Of a stretch of DNA of 64,000 nucleotides, positions 45,405 to 57,939 are shown in pieces. The notes beneath the pieces were generated by a model. It was not told where the DNA came from. It worked only from the letters and a program-made list of their open reading frames with translations, and ran no database searches. Location: the sequence record PP400777, one strand, 5' to 3'. The position numbers and the translations under genes were made by a program. Source of the stretch: Escherichia phage JM10. Each line of letters begins with the position of its first letter. Position 1 is the first letter of the stretch.

Positions 45405-47378
45405 ATGGCAAACACTCCTGTAAATTATCAATTAACCCGAACAGCGAATGCTATTCCCGAGATTTTTATCGGGGGCACATTTGCCGAAATCAAACAGAAC
45501 ATTATCGAATGGCTTAATGGGCAGAATGAATTTCTTGATTATGATTTTGAAGGTTCACGCTTAAACGTATTGTGTGACCTTTTAGCATATAACACTCTTT
45601 ACATCCAACAGTTCAGTAATAGTGCAGTGTATGAAAGTTTTATGCGCACTGCAAACTTGCGTAGTTCTGTTGTACAAGCGGCTCAAGATAACGGATATCT
45701 ACCTTCATCTAAATCAGCAGCACAAACAGAAATTATGCTCACATGTACGGATGCATTAAATAGAAACTACATCACCATTCCACGTGGCACTCGTTTCTTA
45801 GCATACGCTAAAGATACTTCTGTTAACCCGTATAACTTTGTTTCTACCGAAGATGTCATTGTAGTTAAAGACAAAAATAACCAATATTTTCCACGTCTTC
45901 GATTAGCTCAGGGTCGTATTGTTCGCACTGAATTAACATTTGATAGATTAAAACCTATCATTATTCGTGATAAGAATATTGACCGTAATTTGGTTAAGTT
46001 GTATGTTGACGGAGCAGAATGGATTAACTGGACTCGTAAGTCGATGGTTCACGCTGGTTCTACGTCAACAATCTATTATATGCGTGAAACAGTTGATGGG
46101 AACACCGAATTTTATTTTGGTGAAGGCGAAATCTCTATTAACACATCAGAAGGTGCGTTAACATCTAACTATATTGGTGGTCTTAAACCTGTTCAGGGTT
46201 CTAAAATCGTAATTGAGTATATTTCTACTAATGGCGCAGATGCTAACGGTGCTGTAGGATTTTCTTATGCTGATACATTAGCTAATATCACGGTAATCGA
46301 TATTAACGAGAACCCTAGCAATAACCCAGACTTTGTTGGGGCTGACGGTGGCGGTGACCCTGAAGATATTGAACGTATCCGCGAATTAGGCACAATTAAA
46401 CGCGAAACTCAACAACGTTGTGTAACCGCTTCCGACTATGACACATTCGTCTCTGAGCGGTTTGGTTCTATTATTCAAGCGGTTCAAACATTCACAGATT
46501 CATCTAAACCAGGGTACGCATATATTGCTGCTAAGCCTAAATCCGGATTGTATTTGACTTCTGTCCAACGCGATGATATCAAAAACTATTTGAATGATTA
46601 TAACTTAGGGACTATTACACCTGTTGTTATTTCGCCTGATTATTTGTTTATCAAAATGAATATCAAAGTTACATACGCGTTGAATAAACTCCAAGAATCA
46701 GAACAATATCTTGAAGGGCAAATTATTAATAAAATTGACCGATATTATATTGAAGATGTAGAAATTTTTAACTCATCGTTTGCAAAATCTAAAATGCTAA
46801 CTTATGTCGATGATGCAGATATTTCTATTATTGGTTCTTCAGCTACCATTCAAATGGTTCGCGAAGTACAAAACTTCTATAAAACGCCTGAGGCCGGTAT
46901 TAAATACAATAATCAGATTAAAGATAGATCGATGGAATCTAATATATTCTCGTTTGATTCGCACAGACCTAATCCAGAAAATGCAAACGAAACTATTAAA
47001 TACGGTGTTCGCATAGTATCTTCTGACCGTAATGACCGTGGCATAGGTCAAGTTATTATTGGTCCATTTGCGGACGGTGATGTTGTTGAAAACGAAAATA
47101 TACAACCTTATACAGGTAATGATTTTAATAAACTTACTGTTACTGACGGACGAAACAAATATTATTCAATTGGTGAAGTGAATTATCCTGCCGATTCGAT
47201 TTATTGGAACATTGCTAAAATTGACCTCACTTCAGACCGTTTTGAAGTTCAAACAATTGAACTTTATTCCGACCCTGCAGATGATATTATTTTTACAAAG
47301 GATGGTTCTTTAATCGTATTCGAAAATGACTTACGTCCTCAGTACTTAACTATAGATTTGGAGCCTATTTCACAATGA
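45405..47378 (+). CDS. 6: baseplate wedge subunit gp6
   Basis: 657 aa from MANTPVNYQL…. Confidence 0.9.
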   Translation: MANTPVNYQLTRTANAIPEIFIGGTFAEIKQNIIEWLNGQNEFLDYDFEGSRLNVLCDLLAYNTLYIQQFSNSAVYESFMRTANLRSSVVQAAQDNGYLPSSKSAAQTEIMLTCTDALNRNYITIPRGTRFLAYAKDTSVNPYNFVSTEDVIVVKDKNNQYFPRLRLAQGRIVRTELTFDRLKPIIIRDKNIDRNLVKLYVDGAEWINWTRKSMVHAGSTSTIYYMRETVDGNTEFYFGEGEISINTSEGALTSNYIGGLKPVQGSKIVIEYISTNGADANGAVGFSYADTLANITVIDINENPSNNPDFVGADGGGDPEDIERIRELGTIKRETQQRCVTASDYDTFVSERFGSIIQAVQTFTDSSKPGYAYIAAKPKSGLYLTSVQRDDIKNYLNDYNLGTITPVVISPDYLFIKMNIKVTYALNKLQESEQYLEGQIINKIDRYYIEDVEIFNSSFAKSKMLTYVDDADISIIGSSATIQMVREVQNFYKTPEAGIKYNNQIKDRSMESNIFSFDSHRPNPENANETIKYGVRIVSSDRNDRGIGQVIIGPFADGDVVENENIQPYTGNDFNKLTVTDGRNKYYSIGEVNYPADSIYWNIAKIDLTSDRFEVQTIELYSDPADDIIFTKDGSLIVFENDLRPQYLTIDLEPISQ

Positions 47379-50300
47379 CAGTAAAAGCGCCAGCAGTCAC
47401 AAGTCTCAGAATATCCAAGTTGTCCGCTAACCAAGTTCAAATACGCTGGGATGACGTTGGTGCTAATTTCTACTATTTCGTAGAAATCGCTGAGACTAAA
47501 ACGGCAGACGGGGAAATAATTCCCCCTGCCAACTACAGATGGATAAATTTAGGATATACTCCTAATAGCAACTGGTTCGAAAGTAGCTTAGACCCATTAA
47601 CTTCTTATATTATTCGTGTATCAACTGCAGCCGAAGGCTTCGAGAGATCTGATTGGGTATATACCGAAATATTTGAATCATTTCAGACTAACGCGTATAC
47701 ATTTCAACATATGATTGAAATGCAATTGGCTAACACTTTTATTAGAGAAAAATTTACAAATAATAACATGGCTTATGTCGATTTTAATAACGACACTATA
47801 ATGGCAGCTCTAATGAATGAATCATTCCAATTTAGCCCTGCTTATGCGGATATTTCATCTATTAAAAATTTCATTATTGGCGAAAATGAGTATCATGAAA
47901 TTCAAGGTTCGATTCAACAGGTGTGTCATGATATAAACCGTGTTTATTTGATGGAATCCGAAGGAATTCTTTATTTGTTTGAACGGTATCAGCCTGTGGT
48001 TAAAGTCTCTAATGATAAGGGACAAACCTGGAAATCGGTTAAATTGTTTAATGACCGTGTAGGGTATCCTGTATCAAGAACAGTGTATTACCAGACAGAT
48101 TACACCACGTATGTTCTTGGGTATGATAAATTATTTTACGGTCGTAAATCAACAGACGTTCGATGGTCTGCTGATGATGTGAGATTTAGTTCCCAAGATA
48201 TAACATTTGCTAAAATTGGCGACCAATTAAATTTAGGATTTGATGTAGAAATATTTGGTAACTATGCATCATTACCTGCTAACGTATCACGTATTGCAGA
48301 AGCTATCGTTTGCAATGACGATTATGTATATGTCGCTGCTCGAGATAAAGTTCGTTTTATTAAAACTAGTAATGCCCCTATTGATTCAGACCCGTTATCT
48401 CCGACATATTCCGAACGTTTGTTTGAACAAGAAACATTTAACATCACAGGTAACCCTAAGGCAGTTTGCTATAAAATGGATTCTGTCGGTGGTAAAATAT
48501 TTGCACTGATTATCGGTGAAGTTGTTAATCTTAATGACGACCCGAGGACCACTCCTATTGTTGATTCTGCTGATAAGGGTGTTTATGTTCTAGACCATGA
48601 TGCTGGCACATTTAAACGTGTGTTTGGTAATACTGAAGAAGAACGCCGTCGTATTGAACCTGGGTACACCAGTATGTCTACTGATGGTGTTGAGTTATCT
48701 ATTTCATCTAGTAATTTTAAATTTCTAGAATCAGATATTGTTGATGACCAAAAAACACAAGTCAAGTACGGTTTAACTGGTGCTGTTAAATATGAGTATC
48801 CTCGCGAATGGTTGGCTGATAAACATTATCATATGATGGCATTTATTTCAACTGAAGACTCTCAATGGGAATCGTTCACTCCTCAACCGATGGAATACTA
48901 TGCTGAGCCATTCTTTAGTTATTCTAGAAAGTCTGGTACTCGATGTTGGATTAATAACTCAGACAAGGCCGTTGTAATTTATTCTGATTTACTTTACACT
49001 AAGGTTATTGAGAATCATCCACTTAGTTCTTCAGACCGTGAAGTTCATGAATATTGGAAGGACGGTGACTGTACAATAGTGATGCCTAACGTAGATTTCA
49101 CCGGATTTAAAAAATATGCATCCGGCATGATTTTCTATAAATCGTCAGGTGAGATTATTTCTTATTATGATTTTAGTTATCGTGTTAGAGATAATGTTTC
49201 TATAATTTGGAAGCCTACTAATATATTCTTAACAGCATCGTTACAAAACCAAGAAAAAGATACCACATGGACTCCTGTAGAAGAGAACGGTATTGCAGAC
49301 CCAGATTTACGTCCATTGCTCACTACAATGATGCCGGAGTCTTATCTTTTAGATAATACAAACTTCGAAGCATTCTGCGAGGCTTATATTCAGTATCTTT
49401 CTGATGGTTATGGGACCCATTATAATAACCTTTTGAATCTTATTAAAAATCAATATCCGCGAGAAGAACATGCGTGGGAATATTTATGGTCCGAGATTTA
49501 TAAACGAAACATTTACTTAAACGCCGAAAAACGCGATTTAGTGTCTCGTTTCTTTGAATCAAGAAGTTATGACTTCTATTCAACTAAAGGAACTGAAGCA
49601 TCATATAAATTCTTGTTTAAAGTGCTTTATAACGAAGATGTTGAAATTGAAATTGAATCTAGTTCCGGGACCGAATATGATATCATCATTGAATCTGATT
49701 CGTTGACAGAAGATTTGGTCGGACAAACCATATACACCGCTACAGGACGTTGTAATGTGACGTATATCGAGAGAAGTTACTCTAAAGGTAAATTACAATG
49801 GACTGTAACAATTCACAACCTCTTAGGTCGTTTAATCCAAGGACAGGAAGTTAAAGCTGAAAGACTCCCGGGTTTTGAAGGTGAAATTGTTCGTGGTATT
49901 AAAGGTAAAGAGCTTTCTCAGAACAACATCGATTACATAAATCGTGGTAGAGCATACTACGTAATGAAGATTAAATCTAAACTTCCATCATCTCGTTGGA
50001 AATCAGACGTATTACGTTTTGTTCATCCGGTTGGATTTGGATTTATCGCAATTACCCTTCTCACAATGTTTATTAACACCGGATTAACACTTAAACATGT
50101 TGAAACCATTATTAATAAATACAAAAACTATAAGTGGGATTCTGGATTACCGACTAAATATGCAGGCCGAGTGGCTAAATTAGACCCACAAGGAAATGTT
50201 GAGTTTGACCCTATTACAGGTAAAGCGATATATGAAATAGGCCCTATGGCTGGTCAAGATTATCCATTGCCTGAAGATTATAACGCTGAAAACAATAACT

Positions 50301-50473
50301 CCATATTTCAAGGTCAACTTCCATCGGAACGACGTAAACTGATGAGCCCATTATTTGATGCGTCCGGAACAACATTCTCTAGATTTAGAGATTTGGTTGA
50401 ACAACGGTTAATCGATAATGTAGGAAATCCAAGAGACCCCGTGAATCCACCACAGGTTAAATTAGATGAATGA
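47375..50473 (+). CDS. 7: baseplate wedge initiator gp7
   Basis: 1032 aa, the same length as T4 gp7. Confidence 0.9.
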   Translation: MTVKAPAVTSLRISKLSANQVQIRWDDVGANFYYFVEIAETKTADGEIIPPANYRWINLGYTPNSNWFESSLDPLTSYIIRVSTAAEGFERSDWVYTEIFESFQTNAYTFQHMIEMQLANTFIREKFTNNNMAYVDFNNDTIMAALMNESFQFSPAYADISSIKNFIIGENEYHEIQGSIQQVCHDINRVYLMESEGILYLFERYQPVVKVSNDKGQTWKSVKLFNDRVGYPVSRTVYYQTDYTTYVLGYDKLFYGRKSTDVRWSADDVRFSSQDITFAKIGDQLNLGFDVEIFGNYASLPANVSRIAEAIVCNDDYVYVAARDKVRFIKTSNAPIDSDPLSPTYSERLFEQETFNITGNPKAVCYKMDSVGGKIFALIIGEVVNLNDDPRTTPIVDSADKGVYVLDHDAGTFKRVFGNTEEERRRIEPGYTSMSTDGVELSISSSNFKFLESDIVDDQKTQVKYGLTGAVKYEYPREWLADKHYHMMAFISTEDSQWESFTPQPMEYYAEPFFSYSRKSGTRCWINNSDKAVVIYSDLLYTKVIENHPLSSSDREVHEYWKDGDCTIVMPNVDFTGFKKYASGMIFYKSSGEIISYYDFSYRVRDNVSIIWKPTNIFLTASLQNQEKDTTWTPVEENGIADPDLRPLLTTMMPESYLLDNTNFEAFCEAYIQYLSDGYGTHYNNLLNLIKNQYPREEHAWEYLWSEIYKRNIYLNAEKRDLVSRFFESRSYDFYSTKGTEASYKFLFKVLYNEDVEIEIESSSGTEYDIIIESDSLTEDLVGQTIYTATGRCNVTYIERSYSKGKLQWTVTIHNLLGRLIQGQEVKAERLPGFEGEIVRGIKGKELSQNNIDYINRGRAYYVMKIKSKLPSSRWKSDVLRFVHPVGFGFIAITLLTMFINTGLTLKHVETIINKYKNYKWDSGLPTKYAGRVAKLDPQGNVEFDPITGKAIYEIGPMAGQDYPLPEDYNAENNNSIFQGQLPSERRKLMSPLFDASGTTFSRFRDLVEQRLIDNVGNPRDPVNPPQVKLDE

Positions 50474-51470
50474 TTCAAGTGTTATCTATCGTGCAATAGT
50501 TACATCAAAATTTAGAACAGAGAAAATGCTGAATTTTTACAATTCAGTTGGGGATGGAGATGATAAGAACTCCATTTATATTACGTTTGGACGTTCAGAG
50601 CCTTGGGCGTCAAATGAAAATGAGGTGGGCTTCGCCCCACCTTATCCTACAGATTCTGTTCTTGGTGTTACTGATATGTGGACCCATATGATGGGTACCG
50701 TTAAAGTTTTACCTTCAATGTTAGATTCTGTTATTCCTAGACGTGATTGGGGAGATGTGCGATATCCAGACCCTTACACGTTTAGAATTAACGATATAGT
50801 CGCATGTAATACTGCTCCGTACAACGCGACAGAAGTTGGAGCTGGTTGGTTAATTTACCGTTGTTTAGATGTCCCTGACGTAGGGCTCTGTTCAATAGAA
50901 TCTTTAGATAATAAAGATGAATGTCTTAAATTGGGTGGTAAATGGACTCCATCTGTTCGTTCTATGTCTCCTCCTGAAGGCAGAGGCGATGCTAATGGGG
51001 TTATCGAAACCGGTGATGGATATATTTGGGAATATCTTTATGAGATTCCTGCCGATGTGTCAATTAACCGTTGCACTAATGAATATCTTGTAGTTCCATG
51101 GCCGGAAGAAATTAAAGAAGACCCCACCCGTTGGGGATATGAAAATAACTTAACTTGGCAACAAGATGACTACGGTTTGATTTACCGTGTTAAAGCTAAT
51201 ACGATGCGGTTTAAAGCATATTTTGATTCTGTTTATTTCCCTGAGGCAGCTTTGCCTGGTAACAAGGGTTTTAGACAGATATCAATTATCGCAAACCCGT
51301 TAGAAGCTAAGAAAAATCCAAATGACCCTAATGTTAAAGCAGAAAAGGATTATTACGACCCTAGAGATCTGCAACGTCATTCTGGTGAAATGATTTATAT
51401 GGAAAACCGACCACCTGTTATTATGGCAATGGACCAAACAGAAGAAATTAACATTTTGTTTATGTTTTAA
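50466..51470 (+). CDS. 8: baseplate wedge subunit gp8
   Basis: 334 aa, as in T4. Confidence 0.9.
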   Translation: MNDSSVIYRAIVTSKFRTEKMLNFYNSVGDGDDKNSIYITFGRSEPWASNENEVGFAPPYPTDSVLGVTDMWTHMMGTVKVLPSMLDSVIPRRDWGDVRYPDPYTFRINDIVACNTAPYNATEVGAGWLIYRCLDVPDVGLCSIESLDNKDECLKLGGKWTPSVRSMSPPEGRGDANGVIETGDGYIWEYLYEIPADVSINRCTNEYLVVPWPEEIKEDPTRWGYENNLTWQQDDYGLIYRVKANTMRFKAYFDSVYFPEAALPGNKGFRQISIIANPLEAKKNPNDPNVKAEKDYYDPRDLQRHSGEMIYMENRPPVIMAMDQTEEINILFMF

Positions 51471-51473
51471 TTA

Positions 51474-51497
51474 GGGAGCCTTCGGGCTCCCATTTTT
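51474..51497 (+). terminator. rho-independent terminator after gene 8
   Basis: GGGAGCC-TTCG-GGCTCCC hairpin followed by ATTTTT. Confidence 0.6.
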
Positions 51498-51502
51498 GTA
51501 TC

Positions 51503-51510
51503 TATAAATA
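51503..51510 (+). promoter_or_regulatory. late promoter (TATAAATA) for gene 9
   Basis: Exact TATAAATA 33 nt upstream of the gene 9 ATG. Confidence 0.6.
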
Positions 51511-51542
51511 GAATATAATATCGGACAACAAAAGGCAGAATT

Positions 51543-52415
51543 ATGGCATTTTTTAAGCAAACTCCTAAACAATTAATCGATACCGGCGAAATTGGTAATG
51601 CCTCAACAGGTGATATCTTATTCGACGGTGGTAATAAAATAAATGACGATATCAACGCTATTTACAATGCATTTGGCGATCAACGTAAAATGGCCGTAGC
51701 AGATGGAACCGGACCTACAGGTCAAACTATTCATGCCACAGGATATTATCAAAAAGGAAAGGCGGTCGATTATCAAACTCCTATTAAACCAGGCACTATG
51801 CATGATATTGATGCTTCTGATGGCGGTGTGATTGTTATTATTGACCGTCCTGAATTAGGTGACTCTGTAGAATTCATAAACTCTAATGGGTCTATTTCTG
51901 TTAACAATCCTTTAAGTATCCAAGTAACCGATGGTTCAATTAAAGGTGTTCTTAATAATCTTGTTATTTCCATCCCTTATACCCATGTTGTTCTTCGTTG
52001 TGTTGAACTTAATGGGACAACTTCAGTATGGAATTATTCTACTGATAGCATGTTTGGGCAGAAAGAATCTCCTGTCGATGGGACTTGGAGTCTTACAGGA
52101 AACACAGTTTCTATTCCTCTGTTTTATCGCACAGATTATAACACGGCTAAATTGCTTGTTACATGCCAATCCGCTGACGGTAGAAAAATAAAAACATGCG
52201 AAATAAATATTCTAATAGATACAATTAACTCAGAAGTTCTTTCTACCGAATTTGCAGTAATGCGAGTTGGTAATGTAGATGAAACCGACGAGATTGCTAA
52301 TATTAGCTTTAGTATTATTAACAACTTTGCTACTATGACGATTACATCCGATATTATTGGATTACGTTCGGCAGTTAAAATTATCTCAACTCAGAAAATT
52401 GGGGTCGCTCAATAA
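51543..52415 (+). CDS. 9: baseplate wedge tail fiber connector gp9
   Basis: 290 aa; N-terminus …KQLIDTGEIGNASTGDILFDGGNKIN… as in T4 gp9. Confidence 0.9.
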   Translation: MAFFKQTPKQLIDTGEIGNASTGDILFDGGNKINDDINAIYNAFGDQRKMAVADGTGPTGQTIHATGYYQKGKAVDYQTPIKPGTMHDIDASDGGVIVIIDRPELGDSVEFINSNGSISVNNPLSIQVTDGSIKGVLNNLVISIPYTHVVLRCVELNGTTSVWNYSTDSMFGQKESPVDGTWSLTGNTVSIPLFYRTDYNTAKLLVTCQSADGRKIKTCEINILIDTINSEVLSTEFAVMRVGNVDETDEIANISFSIINNFATMTITSDIIGLRSAVKIISTQKIGVAQ

Positions 52416-54220
52416 TGAAACAAAATATTAAAATTGGTAACGTCGTTGATGACGGACAAGGCGATTACCTTCGTCGAGGTGGTGAAAAAATAAATGAGAA
52501 CTTTGACGAAATCTATTATGAATTAGGTGATGGTGAAGTTCCTTATGCCGCTGGCGCATGGAAGACTTATGATGCGGCTGATGGTCTTAATCTTAAGGCT
52601 GCTTGGGGTAAATCTTATGCAATTAATACTACTTCTGGACGAGTTTCGGTAAATCTTCCTAAAGGGACAATTGCAGACTATAATAAAGTTATTCGTGCTC
52701 GTGACGTATTTGCAACTTGGAACATTAACCCTGTTACTTTAATTCCGGCAAACGGAGACACGATTAAAGGTTCTTCATCTCCGGTAGAAATTAACGTTCA
52801 GTTCTCTGACTTAGAATTAGTTTATTGTGCTCCTGGACGTTGGGAATACATCAAGAACAAACAAATTGACAAAATAGTTAGCTCTGACATTAGTAACGTT
52901 GCTCGTAGAGAATATCTGGTTGAAACCCAAGGTCAGACCGATTTCATGGATGTTTTTAATGGAACATCTTATAACGTTAACAACATTCGCGTAAAACATC
53001 GTGGCAACGAATTGTATTATGGTGATGTATTCAGTGATAATAGTGATTTTGGTTCTCCAGGCGCTAATCCTGGTGAACTGGTTGCACTCGATGGATTTAA
53101 TATTAGATTACGCCAACCATGTAATGTTGGGGACACTGTACAAATTGAGACATTTCTAGATGGCGTTTCTCAGTGGCGTAGTTCATATACTCGTCGACAA
53201 GTTCGCATTTTAGATAGTAAATTGACTGCTAAAAAGTCTATTGATGGAAGTATTTACGTCACTGATTTGAGTACGTTCCGGTCTATTCCATTTACAGCAT
53301 TTGGTATTAATCCTACAGAACCACCTAACCCGAATTCATTAGAAGTTCGCTTCAATGGTATTCTCCAAGAATTAGCTGGTACTGTTGGAACTCCTATTTT
53401 CCGTTGTGAAGGTGTGGATGCTGATTCTGAAGAGTCATGCGCTAATCTCGGTGGGACATGGACTCAATCGTATACAGATTATGCGATTGAATATACTGAT
53501 AATATCCCTAGCGCAATTCTGTTTGACCGTCAATTTGAAGACCAAGACATTATTACCATCACATGGTTTAATAACGATTTAGGAACTCTTCTTGAAATGG
53601 AAGAAATTCTTGATGTCGCTGATGAGAAATATGTTTCTCAAGGGTCTAACATTGAAATTACTGGTGACGTTGCATTAACCGATTTCGATAAAATTGGATG
53701 GCCTAATGTAGAACCTGTTCCTAAGTATGAACGTGAATTCTCGACTATCTCAGCAATATTTGACACAATTTATCCTGTTGGGACTATTTACGAAAATGCT
53801 GTTAACCCTAATAATCCGGCAACTTATTTAGGTTTTGGTTCGTGGAAAATTTGGGGACAAGGCAAAGTATTAGCAGGTTGGAATGACGACGCGTCGGATC
53901 CTAATTTTGCATTAAATAATAATGACCTTGACGTCAATGGTAACCCTACTCATACCGCAGGTGGTACCGTTGGTGTAACAACCATCACATTAGAAAATGC
54001 TGATTTACCAGCTACACAAACCGATGAAAAGGTTCTTATTTCTGATGATAATGGTACAGTAATTATAGGCGGTTGCCAATACGACCCGGATGCAGAAGGT
54101 CCTATTTACACTAAATATCGTGAAGACCATGCAAAGACTAACGGATCTCATGTTCCAGCGCGTTCTATAACTAATATTCAGCCATCTATAACTGTATACC
54201 GTTGGGTAAGGATTGCATAA
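52415..54220 (+). CDS. 10: baseplate wedge subunit and tail pin gp10
   Basis: 601 aa (T4 gp10 is about 602 aa). Confidence 0.9.
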   Translation: MKQNIKIGNVVDDGQGDYLRRGGEKINENFDEIYYELGDGEVPYAAGAWKTYDAADGLNLKAAWGKSYAINTTSGRVSVNLPKGTIADYNKVIRARDVFATWNINPVTLIPANGDTIKGSSSPVEINVQFSDLELVYCAPGRWEYIKNKQIDKIVSSDISNVARREYLVETQGQTDFMDVFNGTSYNVNNIRVKHRGNELYYGDVFSDNSDFGSPGANPGELVALDGFNIRLRQPCNVGDTVQIETFLDGVSQWRSSYTRRQVRILDSKLTAKKSIDGSIYVTDLSTFRSIPFTAFGINPTEPPNPNSLEVRFNGILQELAGTVGTPIFRCEGVDADSEESCANLGGTWTQSYTDYAIEYTDNIPSAILFDRQFEDQDIITITWFNNDLGTLLEMEEILDVADEKYVSQGSNIEITGDVALTDFDKIGWPNVEPVPKYEREFSTISAIFDTIYPVGTIYENAVNPNNPATYLGFGSWKIWGQGKVLAGWNDDASDPNFALNNNDLDVNGNPTHTAGGTVGVTTITLENADLPATQTDEKVLISDDNGTVIIGGCQYDPDAEGPIYTKYREDHAKTNGSHVPARSITNIQPSITVYRWVRIA

Positions 54221-54879
54221 TGACTGTACTTAATACAAAGGCGGGAGTTATTTCCCGTCATGCTGATTTTTTGAATTACAGAAAAAATCCAGCTCAAATT
54301 GATGTTTTAAACAACCAAGCTGTAGGTTCCGTGACTATTTCTCAGTTAGCTCGCGGTTTTTATGATGCTAACGTAGAATCTGCAATAAATGATGTCCATA
54401 ATATGGCACGAGCTGATATTGGTACTGTTGTCACAAACACTTCAGGCATATCGCCTGAAGGTACAGCACAAGTTGATTATTGGACTTTTTCTGGTGATGT
54501 TCTCGACGATACTTTGGCCCCTGGAACGCCGGTCGTTATTAACGTATTTGGACTTGCTGTTAAAGCAACAATCGGTATGACTGATAACGAATTAACGGCA
54601 CAAGTTCGTATAGCTTTACAAGAAGCCATTGCTAATCAAATCGCTATTTCTTCTTATAGAGACCATCCGTCCGAAGGTAATAAACTTCAGGTGACATATT
54701 TAGATAACCAACGTCATGTGTTGCCAACATATGCTTCGTTTGGTGTAACAATTTCGCAAGAAATTTTGTCTGAAGCAAAATCCGGATACGGAACATGGAA
54801 TTTATTGGGTGCCCAAACGGTTACTCTTGATAACCATGATACTCCTACCGTTTTCTACCACTTTGTGAGAGCCTCATGA
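54220..54879 (+). CDS. 11: baseplate wedge subunit and tail pin gp11
   Basis: 219 aa from [10 protein letters not shown]…; ATG overlaps the gene 10 stop (TAATG). Confidence 0.9.
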   Translation: MTVLNTKAGVISRHADFLNYRKNPAQIDVLNNQAVGSVTISQLARGFYDANVESAINDVHNMARADIGTVVTNTSGISPEGTAQVDYWTFSGDVLDDTLAPGTPVVINVFGLAVKATIGMTDNELTAQVRIALQEAIANQIAISSYRDHPSEGNKLQVTYLDNQRHVLPTYASFGVTISQEILSEAKSGYGTWNLLGAQTVTLDNHDTPTVFYHFVRAS

Positions 54880-56459
54880 GTAATAACAATACATACCAAC
54901 ACGTTTCAAATGAATCTATTTACGTTGAATTCGACCCCGTAGGGTCGAATTTTCCAGATACAGTCACTAATGTCCAAGCCGCATTAGCTGCCATTTCTCC
55001 TTCAGGTGTTAATGGCGTACCGGAAGCAACAACTACTACACCTGGAATTATTCAAATAGCTACTCCACAAGAAGTTATTGATGGATTAGATAATAGTAAA
55101 GCTGTTACTCCGGCAACACTGAATGCTCGTCTACAATATCCTAATGCAACCGAAACTCAATATGGCTTAACTCGTTATGCTACTGAAGATGAAGCAGTAA
55201 CCGGAACTATTGACGATGCATCAATTACTCCGCTTAAATTGAATCAAAAAATAGACAATGTATTTCAGACAAAAGTGTCAACAGAAGCAACAAATGGTGT
55301 AATTAAAATTTCAACTTCTGCTGCGGCATTAGCTGGTTCTGACGATACAACGGCAATGACCCCGTTAAAAACACAACAATTAGCAATTAAACTTATTTCA
55401 CAAATTGCTCCAAATAATAGTGACGCCACCGAATCTATTACCGGTGTTGTTCGTTTGGCTACAGTTGCTCAAGCACAACAAGGCACCCTGCGTGAAGGCT
55501 ATGCAATTTCACCTTATACCTTTATGAATTCAGTAGCATCAGAAACTAATAAAGGTGTCGTTAAACTAGGGACACAGACTGAAGTAAATAGTAACAACTC
55601 TTCAGTTGTAGTGACTGGCGCAACATTAAACGGGCGTGGGGCTACAACTTCTTTACGTGGAGTTGTTCGTTTAACTACACAAGCGGGTAGCCAATCAGGT
55701 GGTGATGGTTCTTCTGCCCTTGCTTGGAATGCTGATGTTATCCACCAACGAGGTGGACAAACTATTAATGGCACGCTTCGCATTAATAATACGTTGACGG
55801 TTGGTTCTGGTGGAGCTAATATAACTGGTAATGTCAATATGACCGGTGGTTATATTCAAGGCAATCGTATTGTGACTCAAAATGAATTAGACCGAATTCT
55901 TCCAGTTGGCGCTATTACAATGTGGGCTGCAGATAGTTTACCGAGTTCTGACTGGCGCTTCTGTCACGGTGGGACCGTTTCTGCTTCAGAATGTCCGGTA
56001 TATGCTTCCAGAATTGGGACACGATATGGTGGTAGCTCTTCTAACCCAGGCTTGCCTGATATGCGTGGATTATTTGTTCGCGGCTCAGGTCGTGGTAACC
56101 ATTTAACTAACCCTAATGTTAATGGTAATGACCAATTCGGTAAACCTCGTCTGGCGGTAGGTTGTACCGGTGGATATGTTGGTGAAGTGCAAAAACAACA
56201 GATGTCATATCATAAGCATGCTGGTGGTTTTGGTGAACATGACGATTCCGGTGCATTTGGTAATACTCGTCGTTCAAACTTTGTTGGTACTCGTAAAGGA
56301 CTTGACTGGGATAACCGTTCATATTTTACTAACGAAGGATATGAAATTGATCCAGCGTCTCAGCGTAACTCTAAATATACCATGAATCGTCCAGAATTAA
56401 TTGGAAATGAAACTCGTCCATGGAATATTTCTTTAAACTATATTATTAAGGTAAAATAA
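54876..56459 (+). CDS. 12: short tail fiber protein gp12
   Basis: 527 aa, as in T4. Confidence 0.9.
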   Translation: MSNNNTYQHVSNESIYVEFDPVGSNFPDTVTNVQAALAAISPSGVNGVPEATTTTPGIIQIATPQEVIDGLDNSKAVTPATLNARLQYPNATETQYGLTRYATEDEAVTGTIDDASITPLKLNQKIDNVFQTKVSTEATNGVIKISTSAAALAGSDDTTAMTPLKTQQLAIKLISQIAPNNSDATESITGVVRLATVAQAQQGTLREGYAISPYTFMNSVASETNKGVVKLGTQTEVNSNNSSVVVTGATLNGRGATTSLRGVVRLTTQAGSQSGGDGSSALAWNADVIHQRGGQTINGTLRINNTLTVGSGGANITGNVNMTGGYIQGNRIVTQNELDRILPVGAITMWAADSLPSSDWRFCHGGTVSASECPVYASRIGTRYGGSSSNPGLPDMRGLFVRGSGRGNHLTNPNVNGNDQFGKPRLAVGCTGGYVGEVQKQQMSYHKHAGGFGEHDDSGAFGNTRRSNFVGTRKGLDWDNRSYFTNEGYEIDPASQRNSKYTMNRPELIGNETRPWNISLNYIIKVK

Positions 56460-57907
56460 TGGCTGATATAACTCTGGTAGATTTACCATATGTTGACGGC
56501 CCGCCAGACGCGGGTCAGAGTCGTATTGAATGGATTAAAAACGATGAAGAAATAACAGGTGCTGACACAAAATACGGTTCTGAAGGTGTAATGAACCGTC
56601 CTATTGTTGAAGTTCAACGTAACGTAGAAGCGTTAGATGTTAATATTAAAACTATAGCATCTTCTTTGAATACGGCCAATGAAGATATCAAAGTTATTCA
56701 AGGTATTTTAGATGTTTCTGGGGATGTTGATGCTCTTGCACAGATAGGTCAGAACACCCAAGATATTGATGTCATTAAAGTCACAGTTCAAACCCATGCT
56801 AGTGAATTGAATGATTTGAATGAACATATTGATGCGAATACTGATGATATTGGTGTTTATAATCAGGAAACAGATTCAGTTTATAGAACGGTTCGTAATG
56901 ACCTGCTTTGGATTAAAAATGAATTAGGACAATATACTGGTCAAGATATTAATGGGGTTCCTACTCCAGGAAATGATAGCACTGGTATGAAACGCCGTAT
57001 TATGACTAATAGCTCTGTAATTGTTGACCACGGTGTTCGATTAACTGATTTAGAAACTAAATTTGCTGATTCTGATGTTGGCTCTTTAACTCTTGAAGTT
57101 GAACACTTGCGCGAAGAAATGGGGCCTCGTACTTCTTTCACTACTCCAGTGTTTAGTCGTCTTTCCGGTATTGATTTAACTTTGTCGCGTCAAAATGCTG
57201 ACTTGGATGGCATTAAACAGTCTATTGGGTATCCTAATACGACTTCTATTATTACTACAACTAATGCGAATAGTTCAGCAATAAACGACATTAATCTTGA
57301 GCTCAATCAATCCGGTGGTATTAAACCTCGTTTGACTACAGTAGAAACTGCCATTGGCGCTGATGATTTGCCTACTACAATCCAAGGACGTATTAAACTC
57401 AATACTGATGCTATCGGAGCATTGAACACTGTTGTCGGCTCTGATTCTTCGTCAGGATTGCGTTTTAATGTGTCATGGTTAAATAACGTAGTCGGTGTTG
57501 ACGCTTCAGGTGGTAAACCGGAACCAGACGGCTCTTTGCTTTATCGTACTCGAGAGCTTGAAGGAACTATCGGTGGGCTGAGTAATGACATTCAGAACAT
57601 TCAAACTGATGTTGGGACTAATTCCACAGGAATTAAGGGTTCTGTAAACACATTAAATACTCTTATAAATGGCACCAACCCAAATGGTTCAACTGTTGAA
57701 GAACGCGGTATATTGCCTACAGTTAAAAGTCATGATACGACAATTAATGGTTTAACTTCTAGAATTGCTACTCTTGAAACTGATTTGGCCGCTGCAGAAG
57801 CTGAAATTCAAACTCTTAAGGACGCTGGATATATTGAAGATGCTCCTTCAGACGGTAAATTCTATGTTCGCAAAGATGGTGCATGGGTTGAACTTCCTAC
57901 AGCTTAA
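56459..57907 (+). CDS. wac: fibritin (whisker) Wac
   Basis: 482 aa coiled-coil protein with foldon-like C-terminus …GYIEDAPSDGKFYVRKDGAWVELPTA. Confidence 0.85.
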   Translation: MADITLVDLPYVDGPPDAGQSRIEWIKNDEEITGADTKYGSEGVMNRPIVEVQRNVEALDVNIKTIASSLNTANEDIKVIQGILDVSGDVDALAQIGQNTQDIDVIKVTVQTHASELNDLNEHIDANTDDIGVYNQETDSVYRTVRNDLLWIKNELGQYTGQDINGVPTPGNDSTGMKRRIMTNSSVIVDHGVRLTDLETKFADSDVGSLTLEVEHLREEMGPRTSFTTPVFSRLSGIDLTLSRQNADLDGIKQSIGYPNTTSIITTTNANSSAINDINLELNQSGGIKPRLTTVETAIGADDLPTTIQGRIKLNTDAIGALNTVVGSDSSSGLRFNVSWLNNVVGVDASGGKPEPDGSLLYRTRELEGTIGGLSNDIQNIQTDVGTNSTGIKGSVNTLNTLINGTNPNGSTVEERGILPTVKSHDTTINGLTSRIATLETDLAAAEAEIQTLKDAGYIEDAPSDGKFYVRKDGAWVELPTA

Positions 57908-57913
57908 TGAAAA

Positions 57914-57934
57914 GGGCCTTCGGGCCCTAAAGGA
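57914..57934 (+). terminator. terminator-like hairpin after wac
   Basis: GGGCC-TTCG-GGCCC hairpin; weak U tract. Confidence 0.4.
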
Positions 57935-57939
57935 TTTAT